Part shown: in pieces, positions 29,305 to 40,200 of the stretch
Layout of the letters: each line of letters starts with the position of its first letter
Position numbering within the stretch: position 1 is the first letter of the stretch
Program-made: the position numbers and the translations under genes
The notes under the pieces: model-generated
Told to the model about the DNA's origin: nothing
The model's database searches: none
What the model saw: only the letters and a program-made list of their open reading frames with translations
Source: an uncultured Verrucomicrobiales bacterium
GTDB lineage: Bacteria; Verrucomicrobiota; Verrucomicrobiia; Verrucomicrobiales; DEV007
Assembly (NCBI GenBank): GCA_938091905.1
Contig: CALKOM010000001.1
Span: 1 to 64,000, forward strand
Direction of reading: 5' to 3'
DNA length: 64,000 nt

Positions 29305-30252
29305 ACGTTAGGTAAACTCACAAAGCCAAATCGCGGGAAGAAAGTCGAGGTCGAGTGTCCTCATTGCCACTCGACGCAACTCGAACCCAAGGTGTCGCTG
29401 TCGACTTTTTGCCGTGGGTGTGGGAAGCACATTAAGATTGATAAAGAGCAGAGTGTTGTCTCGCAGCAACTGAAAGGTCTGGAGCAAATTAGTCGCGAGG
29501 CGTCAGGAGCCATACCGGCAAAGTTGTCACAAGCAACTAACAAGGGCAGCTCGACTTCGGCAGATGGACTGCCTTCCTCGATGCCAGTACCTGCCTCGGC
29601 TGCTCCAACTGAACAAGCACTACCCGTCCAAAACCTTCACCTTCGCGAGACTCAGAGTCACTCTCTTAGTCGAGCTACCAAGCCCGCTAGCGGATTCACG
29701 AATCGACACAAGCCGCGACGCGTGGCGTGTTTCCAATGTGATGGTGGTCTGGAAGTGAGTTATGCTGCAAAGATGGCCACTTGCCCTGACTGCAAGGAGG
29801 CGATCAATCTCAATGACTACGAGATTAATAAGCCGGTTTACGAGGATGTGTTCACTCGTGGCAATGTGACCGTGAACAACTTGGGCAAGCTCGAGTGTGA
29901 AAGCTTGGTCTGCCATAACTTGAAAGTGTATGGTGCCGTTCAAACATTGGTTCACGCTACGGGCGACGTCATGATCCGCACGCGCGCCAAGCTTACGGGT
30001 GGGCTTCGTTGTCAGAAGCTTTTCATTGGGCGCGATGCCGTGGTGGAGGTTGAAGGCGAGGTTTACGCGGACGAGATGGAGGTCGATGGCTTCATCACCG
30101 CCGATGCCTTCACCTGTGTGGGAACGACTCTCATCGAGAAGCACGGGTCCATCAACGGTCCCCTCAACACGCGCTCTGTTGCGATGGAAGATGGGGGGGC
30201 TCTCAACGGGGCACTCCAAATCGTTTCTTCAAAGCCAGTAGTTGCGATCTAA
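29305..30252 (+). CDS. Zinc-ribbon-containing bactofilin (start uncertain: ACG 29305 or GTG 29392)
   Basis: CPHC..CRGC and CFQC..CPDC pairs; C-terminal beta-helical bactofilin repeats (GSINGPLNTRSVAMEDGGALNG). Confidence 0.8.
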   Translation, partial: TLGKLTKPNRGKKVEVECPHCHSTQLEPKVSLSTFCRGCGKHIKIDKEQSVVSQQLKGLEQISREASGAIPAKLSQATNKGSSTSADGLPSSMPVPASAAPTEQALPVQNLHLRETQSHSLSRATKPASGFTNRHKPRRVACFQCDGGLEVSYAAKMATCPDCKEAINLNDYEINKPVYEDVFTRGNVTVNNLGKLECESLVCHNLKVYGAVQTLVHATGDVMIRTRAKLTGGLRCQKLFIGRDAVVEVEGEVYADEMEVDGFITADAFTCVGTTLIEKHGSINGPLNTRSVAMEDGGALNGALQIVSSKPVVAI

Positions 30253-30306
30253 CGAGGTCGGGAGGGCAAAGTTGACCTGCTGTCTTGCAGGGACGTATCT
30301 TTTCAT

Positions 30307-31335
30307 GTGAACTCGGATTCTCGTCGGCTTGAACCCTACCAGCGTGTGGCAATCGCAGCGCTGCTCTCCGTTATCGTGCTCATCTTTGTCGGCGCTATCG
30401 TTAGGGCGACCGGTGCCGGGCTTGGTTGTCCGGACTGGCCCTTCTGCTGGGGCTGCTATGTGCCACCGACCTCGGTTGAGCAGGTCGACTTTGAGAAGAT
30501 CGACGTGGAAAGATTTAAAAGAAAGGTCGCGCGACTAGGGCAAGACCCTGACACGGTTACCGAAGACAGTTTACGTGCGATGTTCAACCCCATCCATGTC
30601 TGGACGGAGTACATTAACCGACTCACCAGTCTGCCCGTAGGGCTGTTCACGTTGGCTGCGGCATTTATGAGTGTAGGGCAATGGAGCCGAGGGCGACGTC
30701 TTGTTGGTATTTGCGGATGGTTGTCGCTCGTCGTTGTCTTGGTCAATGCCTGGCTTGGCCGCAACGTGGTTTTGAGCGGTCTCAAACCTGGCATTATTAC
30801 GACGCACATGGGCTTGGCTATCTTTCTCCTTGGTCTCCTTGTCTACATGGCTTGGCGAGGCACGGATCGCCCCTGGACGTTGTCGCTCCAAGCCCCTGCC
30901 CGCAAGAAACTGCAGATCCTCATCGTGGTGTTGCTAGGCCTAACTATCTTTGAGGGGCTCATGGGATCCCAGGTTCGAGAAATGACCGATCATCTGGCCA
31001 AAACACACATGGATGAACCACGCTCCGCCTGGACTGTGCAACTTGAACAGACGTGGATGTATTTAGTGCATCGAAGCTTCTCATGGGTTATCCTCGGCGC
31101 GGCTATTTGGTTCTACTTTCTGGCCGACAAGGCGCTGCCAAGGGGCTGTCGCTGGCTAGAGAAGGCGATTCTTGGCCTGATCGTCGGCCAGATGTGCCTC
31201 GGCCTCGTCCTGTCACAAGTTGGTATCTTGGCCATTGCCCAGATTCTACACATTGGCCTATCCTCGCTCCTAATCTCCTCGCTTGTCCTCTGGATCTTTG
31301 GGGTCTTTGCTGCAAGAGATGAAAGAATCTCCTAA
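30307..31335 (+). CDS. ctaA: Heme A synthase (COX15/CtaA family)
   Basis: GAIVRATGAGLGCPDWPFC, EYINR, HMGLA, VHRSF, HIGL. Confidence 0.9.
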   Translation: MNSDSRRLEPYQRVAIAALLSVIVLIFVGAIVRATGAGLGCPDWPFCWGCYVPPTSVEQVDFEKIDVERFKRKVARLGQDPDTVTEDSLRAMFNPIHVWTEYINRLTSLPVGLFTLAAAFMSVGQWSRGRRLVGICGWLSLVVVLVNAWLGRNVVLSGLKPGIITTHMGLAIFLLGLLVYMAWRGTDRPWTLSLQAPARKKLQILIVVLLGLTIFEGLMGSQVREMTDHLAKTHMDEPRSAWTVQLEQTWMYLVHRSFSWVILGAAIWFYFLADKALPRGCRWLEKAILGLIVGQMCLGLVLSQVGILAIAQILHIGLSSLLISSLVLWIFGVFAARDERIS

Positions 31336-31420
31336 CGTAAAAGCTTTACTAACAAACGATTGAGATTGTCAAATTAGGAGGTGCTCTCCCGACGTTCGTT
31401 CAAGAAATTGTAATTCCTCT

Positions 31421-31443
31421 TTAACCCTCCACTTACTGGGACC
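31421..31443 (+). promoter_or_regulatory. Possible degenerate MerR-type -35/operator dyad
   Basis: TTAACCCTCCACTTACTGGGACC just upstream of the MerR remnant; imperfect CCA-N5-TGG dyad. Confidence 0.25.
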
Positions 31444-31463
31444 CGCATGTTTGCCACATATTC

Positions 31464-32109
31464 ATGCGATTGGGTATCGTCTACTTTTCAAGAGTTGTTG
31501 GAATTCCGAAAACACTTCGATTTTATTACGAAAAGGAGGTTTTGATTCCCGCTGCAATAGGTCGGGAAACTGGATATCGGTTCTACGATCAACTCTGTTT
31601 CCATCGCGCCACGAGCATCACTGCGCTAAAGCGTCTCGATTGTTCTCTCGATGAGGTCGCGGGGATTCTTGGATAGCCGGACGACGATCAGGACATTCTC
31701 GATAACTCAAAACTCAGAGGGAGGGAGTTCTGCAGGAATTAGAGCGCATTCGAAACATCATTAAACAGATCTGGAGCGTCACATCTCGGGCAAGGCTATG
31801 TGCTTGTACTTCGATGGCGAATCCAAAGAAGAGGGCGCTGATTTCGAACCCTGTTTTCCGATCTCCAAAGTCATCGAGGTCGATACGATCAGTCTTCATG
31901 AGGTCCCTGCGTGCTGATTCCTGAGCTTGATCCACAAAGATCCCTACGAAGAACTTGGACAATTATACGAGAAGCTGTTCGACACTGCCAGGCAACGAGA
32001 GATAGCCGTCCAGCTTCCTACCAGAGAGATCTACGTAAAAGGGCTCGGCATGGTGTTCAGAGGCAATCCCAAACAGTATGTAACAGAGATTCAACTTCCC
32101 GTCTTATGA
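31464..32109 (+). pseudogene. MerR-family regulator with GyrI-like effector domain, pseudogene
   Basis: KTLRFYYEKEVLIPA..ETGYRFY HTH; TAG 31674-31676; frameshifts; TGA 31915-31917; C-terminal PTREIYVKG...YVTEIQLP. Confidence 0.88.
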
Positions 32110-32229
32110 TCGGTAGTCTCTAACCCGATTTCCCATAGCCAATCAATGTAGAGACATTCGTTGGGCTTCTCGCCAGCCACATTAGTAGACCTTGGACGCT
32201 ATATTTGTTGTTTCAAAATACTCTAGAAA

Positions 32230-35200
32230 TCAGCGTAGGCGGACGCGGTAGAAGCGTTCGGGCAGGTTGTCTGACGGTACCGTGGCAGTGGTTGTGGTTG
32301 CCGTGCCGACTACTTCTAGAATACTAATAAAACCACGTTCAAGATCATTGCTAGCTTCTATGTCGTAGGTGGCGTTGGCTTCGCTGGAGAACGTGATCTC
32401 TAGCATGCCATCTGCCGAGAGCGTGACCGACTCGATCGCGAGGTTGGGATCGACTGGTGTTGGGCCGCGGTCGTTTCCTGGGAACAGTTGGTTCGGGAAG
32501 TATTGTAGGCCTTTGGTTACGTTGATCGTTCCTGCGGCGAAGTCGATGCTATCCCCGAGGGCGGTGTTTCCCCCACCGGCGGCGAAGCTTGTGCTCGCGA
32601 CTGCGAAGGCGGCTCCGTTAGCGCCCGTCCAGTCAGGATCCATGTTGGCGCTGTCCTCGCCGACCAACTCACCATCTAGATAGAGGGCGATGGTTTGGCC
32701 GGTGGCAGGGTCGCCATTGTCTACGTCGAAGGTCCAGATCACTTCTAGTTCACCGGCTGCGATCTGTCCTTCAGTTAGTGCATACTCTACCGTGGACACT
32801 GTGTTGCCTCCGTTGCCAGCGGCGCGAAGGACGAGCTTGCTGCCCGTCTCGTAGACGATGGCGAAGCCGACAGTGCCGCCGCCAGATTCCCAGATCATGT
32901 CCCGTCCGTCGTCGTCGGTCTTGGCATCGAAATCGATGAAGGCACGGAACGTCACGTCCTGCTTGTCTTCGCCACCGCGGAAGTTATCAAAGGTCGGTAA
33001 CGCCATGGGCTCATTGAAGGTAAGACCAGGTTCACCCAAGCGATCAGCGGGAAGGCTGGCCGGATTATTTGGATCAGAGTTCTGAGCGACTTCGAAACCA
33101 TCGCGGAAACTATCATTGTCCGTGTCTTCGTCCAAGGGGTCACTCGTTGGATTGCCGTTCACTTCTTCGCCGTCTGAGCGTTGGTCGCCGTCGGTGTCTG
33201 CGATGAGCGGCAAGGTCATGGAGGTGTTGACCTCGAAACCGTCGGCGAGGCCGTCGCCGTCCGAGTCCTCGCCTAATGGATTCGTGGACAGCTCTAACTC
33301 GGCAAAGTCGGTAAGGCCGTCGCTATCTGCATCGCCACTGCCGTCTTGAGCAAGGTCTCCAAAGATGGCGTTCTCCCAGTTGTCATCGAGGCCATCGCCA
33401 TCCGAATCCACGGGGATGACGGTCGTGCCGCGGAGCAACTCAAAGCGACTCGAATCAAAGGAATCTAGGGGATCGCCTGGATCTTCATCCCAGAAAACCT
33501 CTACGGCAGAGCCGCCGGTTCCTTCGAAGTAGACGAAATCCACGTCATGAAATCCAGGGAATAGCTGCACAGATCCAATGGTGTCAGCGGTGCCTCGCGT
33601 ACCTGTGAATTCGCCTACGACAATTCCACTCACTGTGAGGCGGGCACCATCGTCTGAATTGAATCCGAGGCTGTAAGTGCCAGCTTCATTCACGAAGATC
33701 TGCGTGGAGGCCACGACGGCGAACTCGTTCACATCTTGTTCCGGAGTGGTCTGGTTGTCGAAAGGAGCATCCTCATCGAAGTTTCCTGCCGAGCCGCCCG
33801 TGCCGAGGAAATTAAGTGCCAGGTGCTGCCCGCCGGTCTCGGTTCCTGTGCCGCCCGCGATCATCGCCTCGGCGTCTGCTAGGCTTCTTAGTGCCGCCCC
33901 AGATCGGATGGTGTGTGTGGTCCAGACTGCGGGATCATCCTCAGCCACGGTGGGATCGCTACCGCCCGCGACTTCGAATCCATCCCAAGCGCCGCCACCG
34001 TCGGTATCTTTGATCAGCGGGTTGGCGTTTGCGTCGACTTCGGCACCGTCTTCAAGACCATCTCCATCAGTGTCTGGCAGCAAGGGATCTGTCATGTGTG
34101 TGTCCACCTCCTCGGCATCGCTCAGCCCATCGCCGTCGCTGTCCACGGCGACGAGATCGCCTAGGGTCTGGGTAGGATTGTTGAAAAGGCTGGTCACATC
34201 GCCTGCGTCGATCGCCCTGTCATAGATCTGAAACTCATCAACACTGCCAACGAGCGCCACGGCTGTGCCGATAGCGCCAATCGAGAGATTGCCTTCAAAG
34301 ACATCCGGCAACGCTTCCGGAGCGTCTTCTTGAGCGACGGCCACGCCATCCAAGTAGAGCACGAGGGCATCGGTGGCGAAGGACACCGCGACATGATGTT
34401 TCTGGCCACTAGTGAGAGCCGGATCGGAAACCAGCCTAGGTTCGCCGTCGACATACCAAGCAACGCCGCCTTCTTGAAGCAGGACGGCCACGTCTGGCGT
34501 GTCGACCCCAATGCCGAACAACGTCTGCGTCACATTGGCATCGTCCAACTGAATCCAAGCAGAGACGGACATGGTCTCGAAGGGATCGAATGGGCCAATG
34601 GGCACGGTGACGGGCCCAGAGCCATTCAGTGCTAAGGCAGTGCCTTTTTCCCCAGCGACTGGCGAGACGCCTAGTTGAGCGACGCCGTCTGGAATCGTAC
34701 CGTGTCTATCAAAACCACTGGTATCCAGGAACTCGGTGCTCCCTTCGGCTTCATCGAAGCGATAGCGTGCGACGGGTCCCTGTTTGTTTATCACCGAAGC
34801 GCTCAAGCGGACTTCTTTCACGGGCTCCTGTTCGCTATTGCTCATGATTGAGAGGACTGATGAGAAGCCGCCAGACTCGCCTTTGGAATCGAAGAGGTAG
34901 GTGACCTCTCCCGATGCTCCGGGCGCTAGGCTGCTTGGGAAGTCCGTAACGGTGAAACGGTCAGGATTCGAACTCGTGATCTCGCTGACAGTTAGGGTTT
35001 GGCCTTCACCAAGGTTTCTCAAGGTAAACGACCCCTCATGCGTGGGCGGGACGCTGGTCACTTGGCCTAACGAAGAGGTTGCGCTGGTAACGAGTGCAGG
35101 ATCGCCTTGGGCGATCGGAATGGCGCCGTCGACGAGGGATTGGATTTCTTCTTGGGACAATTCACGATCCCACATCGCGACGTCGTCCATTGTGCCGACC

Positions 35201-35850
35201 GCCCAACGCTGTGTGGCTGGACTCAGAAAGCCGGTACCAAAGGTGACTGGAACAGCGCCTTCATCAGGATCGGTGGAGGTGTCGACCGTTTGACCGCCGC
35301 TGCCAGAGACTGGTTGCGCCACGCCATCGATGTAGTGAATGACATCGCCAATTGTCGTGCCTCCCTCGGGAAGGACGGACGCCACATGATGCCATTCGTT
35401 GTCATTGATAGGGTCGGCGCCCCAGTTGTTACCACCTTGATTCTCAGTCCGCAGGGTTTTCTCTGCCGTGCCTTCATACTTCACGTGCCAGCGGCGTCCA
35501 CTATCATGAAAGCCAAATCCTACCAACACCGTAGCACCCCCGGCATTGGTCGTCTCATCGGACTTGATCCAGAACGCAATCGTCCGCGGGGTGCTGCCGT
35601 TGATGCCATAGAAATCTGGAATCTCGACCCCGGAATCGCCATCGAAGAAGAGGGCCGAACCTGTTTTCCCGTCGACCCATTCCGGCTGCCCATAGGCAAA
35701 CGTGCCGTTGTGGCCCTGGCCGGAAAGATCGGCTACGGCATCGCCGTTGCCTTCATCGAAGGACCAGTAACCGACCAAGCCATCCTCGATGGCGTGGGCA
35801 AACGTGGCGGAAAGTGAAAGGAGCAGCGCGGCGAGTCGCAGGAATGTCAT
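32230..35850 (-). CDS. Secreted LamG/concanavalin-like, Ig-like and PA14 surface protein with DxDGDG Ca-binding repeats
   Basis: Signal peptide; GYWSFDEG and ARYRFDE LamG domains; NSDDGARL PA14; about eight D(S/T)DGDG-like repeats; C-terminal ASNDL...RFYRVRLR. Confidence 0.88.
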   Translation of the reverse strand: MTFLRLAALLLSLSATFAHAIEDGLVGYWSFDEGNGDAVADLSGQGHNGTFAYGQPEWVDGKTGSALFFDGDSGVEIPDFYGINGSTPRTIAFWIKSDETTNAGGATVLVGFGFHDSGRRWHVKYEGTAEKTLRTENQGGNNWGADPINDNEWHHVASVLPEGGTTIGDVIHYIDGVAQPVSGSGGQTVDTSTDPDEGAVPVTFGTGFLSPATQRWAVGTMDDVAMWDRELSQEEIQSLVDGAIPIAQGDPALVTSATSSLGQVTSVPPTHEGSFTLRNLGEGQTLTVSEITSSNPDRFTVTDFPSSLAPGASGEVTYLFDSKGESGGFSSVLSIMSNSEQEPVKEVRLSASVINKQGPVARYRFDEAEGSTEFLDTSGFDRHGTIPDGVAQLGVSPVAGEKGTALALNGSGPVTVPIGPFDPFETMSVSAWIQLDDANVTQTLFGIGVDTPDVAVLLQEGGVAWYVDGEPRLVSDPALTSGQKHHVAVSFATDALVLYLDGVAVAQEDAPEALPDVFEGNLSIGAIGTAVALVGSVDEFQIYDRAIDAGDVTSLFNNPTQTLGDLVAVDSDGDGLSDAEEVDTHMTDPLLPDTDGDGLEDGAEVDANANPLIKDTDGGGAWDGFEVAGGSDPTVAEDDPAVWTTHTIRSGAALRSLADAEAMIAGGTGTETGGQHLALNFLGTGGSAGNFDEDAPFDNQTTPEQDVNEFAVVASTQIFVNEAGTYSLGFNSDDGARLTVSGIVVGEFTGTRGTADTIGSVQLFPGFHDVDFVYFEGTGGSAVEVFWDEDPGDPLDSFDSSRFELLRGTTVIPVDSDGDGLDDNWENAIFGDLAQDGSGDADSDGLTDFAELELSTNPLGEDSDGDGLADGFEVNTSMTLPLIADTDGDQRSDGEEVNGNPTSDPLDEDTDNDSFRDGFEVAQNSDPNNPASLPADRLGEPGLTFNEPMALPTFDNFRGGEDKQDVTFRAFIDFDAKTDDDGRDMIWESGGGTVGFAIVYETGSKLVLRAAGNGGNTVSTVEYALTEGQIAAGELEVIWTFDVDNGDPATGQTIALYLDGELVGEDSANMDPDWTGANGAAFAVASTSFAAGGGNTALGDSIDFAAGTINVTKGLQYFPNQLFPGNDRGPTPVDPNLAIESVTLSADGMLEITFSSEANATYDIEASNDLERGFISILEVVGTATTTTATVPSDNLPERFYRVRLR

Positions 35851-35979
35851 GAAGTGGCTGAGTTAGGGTGTGCATCACCACCACGTGCAATGTGGAGGAA
35901 ACGCCTCAAGCCTCTTGAAACGACGACCAGAACTCAAGCTTCAAAACGACCTTCTCATCTGTCGATCGCCGAATGGCAG

Positions 35980-36942
35980 TCACTTTTCCAGAGGATTGAG
36001 AGTGACCAACACGGCGCTGTGATCTGAAGGAAAGCGTCGTTGCACCTTCGGGATACTCTCCTCTTCTAACGCAAGTGGAAACGTGATGGCCCCCGTTGGT
36101 TGAAACTGCTCGCCCTTTAAATACAGATGATCGATCCGATCCAGCGGACTCGGTTTGCCTGTCTCCTTGTCCCGCCGGGCGAGCGGCGACCAAGTGATGC
36201 CTGGCTTCTTCAACGGATCGGGATGTACCACCCGAAAGGTATCCTTAAAGCCTGTTTTCTCCAAGGCTTTCGTGGTCGGGATGGGAATCACACGGCCATG
36301 ATGCATCTGCTTTGTCGACTCCACGTAGTCTAAATGTGACGGCGTGTTCCAATCGCCACCCAGGAGTAAAGGCAAGTCGCTGTCCAAATGCCCCAGCGCA
36401 CGTAAACGCTCAATCAAGGCAAGCACCTGCATCTCCCGTCCCGAATGTTTGCGATCGAGGTCTAACAAAGCTTTCATAGGTGCCTCAGGATGTTTGGCGA
36501 GATAGTAAGGCAGGTAGGCCCGGTAGTCTAACCAACACGACCACGCCAGGACCTCGCCGAGCGGGGTGCGTATCCGCGCCCCCACGCCGTGCCACGGCTC
36601 GTGAGTGAAGGTCTCCAAGATTGGGTGCTTGGTGAGGATGCACAAATGGGGGCTCCCCCCCTGGTATGACTTCCAATCCAACTGGGTCGCGATCCAAGCG
36701 CCCAGATTTGGCCGGTCCCCATCGATGTCGTAGCTCTCTTGCATCAACACCAACGTCGCCTGTGACTCTTTGATCACGGCTAAGGCTTTCTCGGGTCCGC
36801 GATCAAAGTGGTTCGCTCCCCGCTCTACATTCCAAATAAGTACGCGCATCTCCGTCTCCGCAGACCAGCCCCATGACCACGGTAGCACTTGGGCGAGTAT
36901 AAGAAAGAGAACCAGTCGGCGATGAAGCATCATTCCCCACAC
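35980..36942 (-). CDS. Secreted endonuclease/exonuclease/phosphatase-family protein
   Basis: WNVE, LMQE, GGDWN, DRIDHLY, PSDHSAV; signal peptide. Confidence 0.92.
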   Translation of the reverse strand: MWGMMLHRRLVLFLILAQVLPWSWGWSAETEMRVLIWNVERGANHFDRGPEKALAVIKESQATLVLMQESYDIDGDRPNLGAWIATQLDWKSYQGGSPHLCILTKHPILETFTHEPWHGVGARIRTPLGEVLAWSCWLDYRAYLPYYLAKHPEAPMKALLDLDRKHSGREMQVLALIERLRALGHLDSDLPLLLGGDWNTPSHLDYVESTKQMHHGRVIPIPTTKALEKTGFKDTFRVVHPDPLKKPGITWSPLARRDKETGKPSPLDRIDHLYLKGEQFQPTGAITFPLALEEESIPKVQRRFPSDHSAVLVTLNPLEK

Positions 36943-37276
36943 TCAGCGATGGTGAGGCATCCGCCAGCGTAGAATGACTCAGACCATAGCCGATCAACCA
37001 CCCTTTGTGGATCCCGCCGTCCACAATCGGCTGCAAACTTGCTAGCATGCCGAAGGTCAGACAGCCCATCAGGACAACAAAGAATGTGAGGCGGAAGAGA
37101 ATGATCCGTTTCATAAGAGGCCGAACGAACCACGGCGCATGCATTCCAGGGAATCGATAACCAATTCAAAAACATCGATTTCAACAATGTTGCGATCCCG
37201 TGCTTGACCTACTCGCATCCTTTCAACCATTCCGTAACCAATGGTTTCTGTGTTTCCGTATCGAGGCCAGGCTAGA

Positions 37277-40200
37277 CTAGACTAGGACTTCTTCAAGATA
37301 CGGCGCGCTGCGGCTGGTCTTTGATTTGGCGACTTGCTCTGGGGTGCCTTGGGCGACGATGGTGCCGCCGTCGGCGCCGGCCTCGGGGCCCATGTCGATG
37401 AGGTAATCAGCTTCTGCTAGGATATCCATGTTGTGTTCGATGACGACGACGGTGTGGCCGTCGTCGACTAACTGATGGAGGACATCGACGAGCTTGCGGA
37501 CGTCTTGGAGGTGGAGGCCGATCGAGGGTTCCTCGATGAGGTAGAGGTTGGTCTTTCGGCTGCCGCCGACTTGTTTCAGCTTGGCGTTCTCGGAACGGGC
37601 GACGCCTTTGGTGAGCTGAGTGACGAGTTTGATGCGTTGGGCTTCGCCGCCACTGAGAGTTGGGCTGGGTTGGCCTAACTGGAGGTAGCCGGTGCCGGTT
37701 TCTTTGAGGAGCTTGAGTGAGCGATGGATCTTGGGGTTGGTGGCGAAGAAGGCTTCGGCGTCGTCGATGGTCATTTGCATGACTTCGCCAATATTCTTCT
37801 CGTGGTAGAGCACCTCTAAGGTGGCGGCGTTGTAGCGGAGGCCCTGACAGTCTTCGCAACGGACGTAAGAGGTGGGGAGGAAGGTCATTTCCATCTTGAT
37901 CTGGCCGTGACCCTCACAGGACTCGCAACGCCCTTGCTTAGTATTGAAGGAGAATCGACTCGCGGTGTAACCGCGCATGCGAGCGGTGGGGACGCCGGAG
38001 AAGAGCTTCCTAATTTCGTCGAAGACTTTGACGTAAGTGGCGGGCGTGGAGCGCGAGGTCTTGCCGATGGGGGATTGATCGACTTCGTAGACGGCGGCGA
38101 TGCCGTTGACGCCGGTCACGCTTTTCCATGTCTTGGGTGCGGTGCTGGTCTTCTTGGCGTTGCCTTTCTTCTCGATCTTGCTCTCGACGGCTGGACGGAG
38201 GACACCGCGCATGAAGCTGCTCTTGCCTGAGCCCGAAACACCTGACATACAGACGAGGCGTCCTAGCGGAATGGCGATATCGATTCCGTGGAGGTTGTTG
38301 GTCTCAGCGCCTTTGACCGTGATCCATTCGCCTGCCTTGCCTTTGGCGGGTATGGGACGGCGTTTCTCACGGGAGGGGTGGGTCATCGGATCGCGCAAGG
38401 CTTGGCCGGTGACGGAGTGCTTGAGCTTCTTGACCTCGGCGAGTGCGCCTTGGGCAATGACTTCACCGCCAAACTTTCCGGCACCTGGGCCGAGATCGAT
38501 GATCTGGTTCGAGCGACGCATGGTTTCGTCATCGTGCTCGACCACGACGAGGCTGTTTCCTTGGTCGCGGAGGTTCTCCAGGGTGTCTAACAGTTTAACG
38601 TTGTCGCGCTGGTGGAGGCCAATGGTGGGTTCGTCGAGTACGTAGAGGACGCCGCGCAAGTTGGAGCCTAACTGAGAGGCTAAGCGGATGCGCTGGGCTT
38701 CGCCGCCTGAAAGCGTGGTGGCCGAGCGATTCAGTCCGAGGTAACCGAGCCCGACTTGGTCGAGGAAGAGGAGACGTTGGATGACTTCACGGAGGACGTC
38801 TTTGGCCACGATGGCGTCGCGGCCTTTGAAACACAGGTGCCCGAGAGCCTTGGCGGCATCCTGGACAGCAGCTTCGGTGATGTCCTCGATCGGGGTGCCT
38901 TGGACGAGGACGTTGCGCGCGATGGGGTTGAGCCGGGTGCCTTCACAATCCGGACAGGGCATCATGTCTTCTTTGCTGGCGCGGGCGCGGCGCATTTCTT
39001 CTTGCAGTTCGGCCTCTAACACAGACTCGCCGTGTTCCGGGCCGTGAAAGGCGGTGCGCTTCTCTACTTGGCCATAGCCGCGGCAGGTGCGGCACCAGCC
39101 GTGTGGGGAATTGTAAGAGAAGAGGCGTGGGTCGAGTTCCTCAAAAGCGCAGCTGCACTCTGGGCAGGTCATTTCCGAGCTGAGCACCTGAAACTTGCCC
39201 TTGGCCAGCGCGAGCTTGGCAGTGCCTTTGCCGATATTGAGTGCGGTATCGATCTTGGCGCGAAGTTCTTCGCCGCCGAGTTCGGCCACGGTCTTCTTGT
39301 CGAGGTCGGCGATGACGACATCGATGGTGTGTTCTTTGAAACGGGCGAGTTTCTGAAAACCTTCGACTGCTTTGTACTCGCCATCGACTAATAGGGTGTC
39401 GTAACCGTGTTTGCCAGCCCATTCGGCGACTTCTTTGTGGAAGCCTTTGCGGGCTTTAATCACTGGGGCTAACAAACGCACATTGTCCTTCTTAGCTGCA
39501 TTGACCACGGTGGTGGCTATGGCGCTGCCGCTTTGTTTCTCCACGGGCACTTCGCACTCGGGGCACTGTTGCACGCCAACTTTGGAATAGAGTAATCTAA
39601 GAAAGTGATAGATTTCTGTCACCGTGGCGACAGTGGATTTGCCGCCACCGCGTGAGATGCGTTGTTCGATCGCGACGGTGGGAGGGAGGCCTTCGATGAG
39701 ATCGACTTCGGCCTTCTCCATTTGCTGGGTGAATTGCCTAGCATAAGGCGACATGCTGTCGAGGAAACGGCGTTGGCCCTCAGCGAAGAGAATGTCAAAG
39801 GCGAGGGTGGATTTGCCAGAACCGCTCAGGCCGGTGATGACGACGAGCTGATTGCGTGGCAACTCGAGTTGGAGGTTCTTGAGATTGTTCTCTCGGGCAC
39901 CGTGGATGCAGATCTTGTCGTCCTTAGGCTTGGCGGCTCGGGAAACGACTTGATAGGCAACGGCCTCTTCCGCGACGCGATCCGATCCGAACTCTTTGGC
40001 GAGGTAGCGTCCGGTATGACTTGCGGTTACCCTGGCCACTTCTTCGGGAGTACCTTCTGCGACTAACACGCCTCCGTGTTTGCCAGCCTCTGGGCCTAGA
40101 TCAATGACATGGTCGGCACATTTGATCACGTCCATGTGGTGCTCGATGACCATGATGCTATGCCCGGCGTCGACGAGGCGTTGCATGACTTGGAGGAGGC

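Noticed and set aside
36803..37187. Small ORFs between the EEP gene and uvrA
   Set aside because: They overlap the EEP start and have no motif; possibly a short or frameshifted membrane peptide, but not supportable
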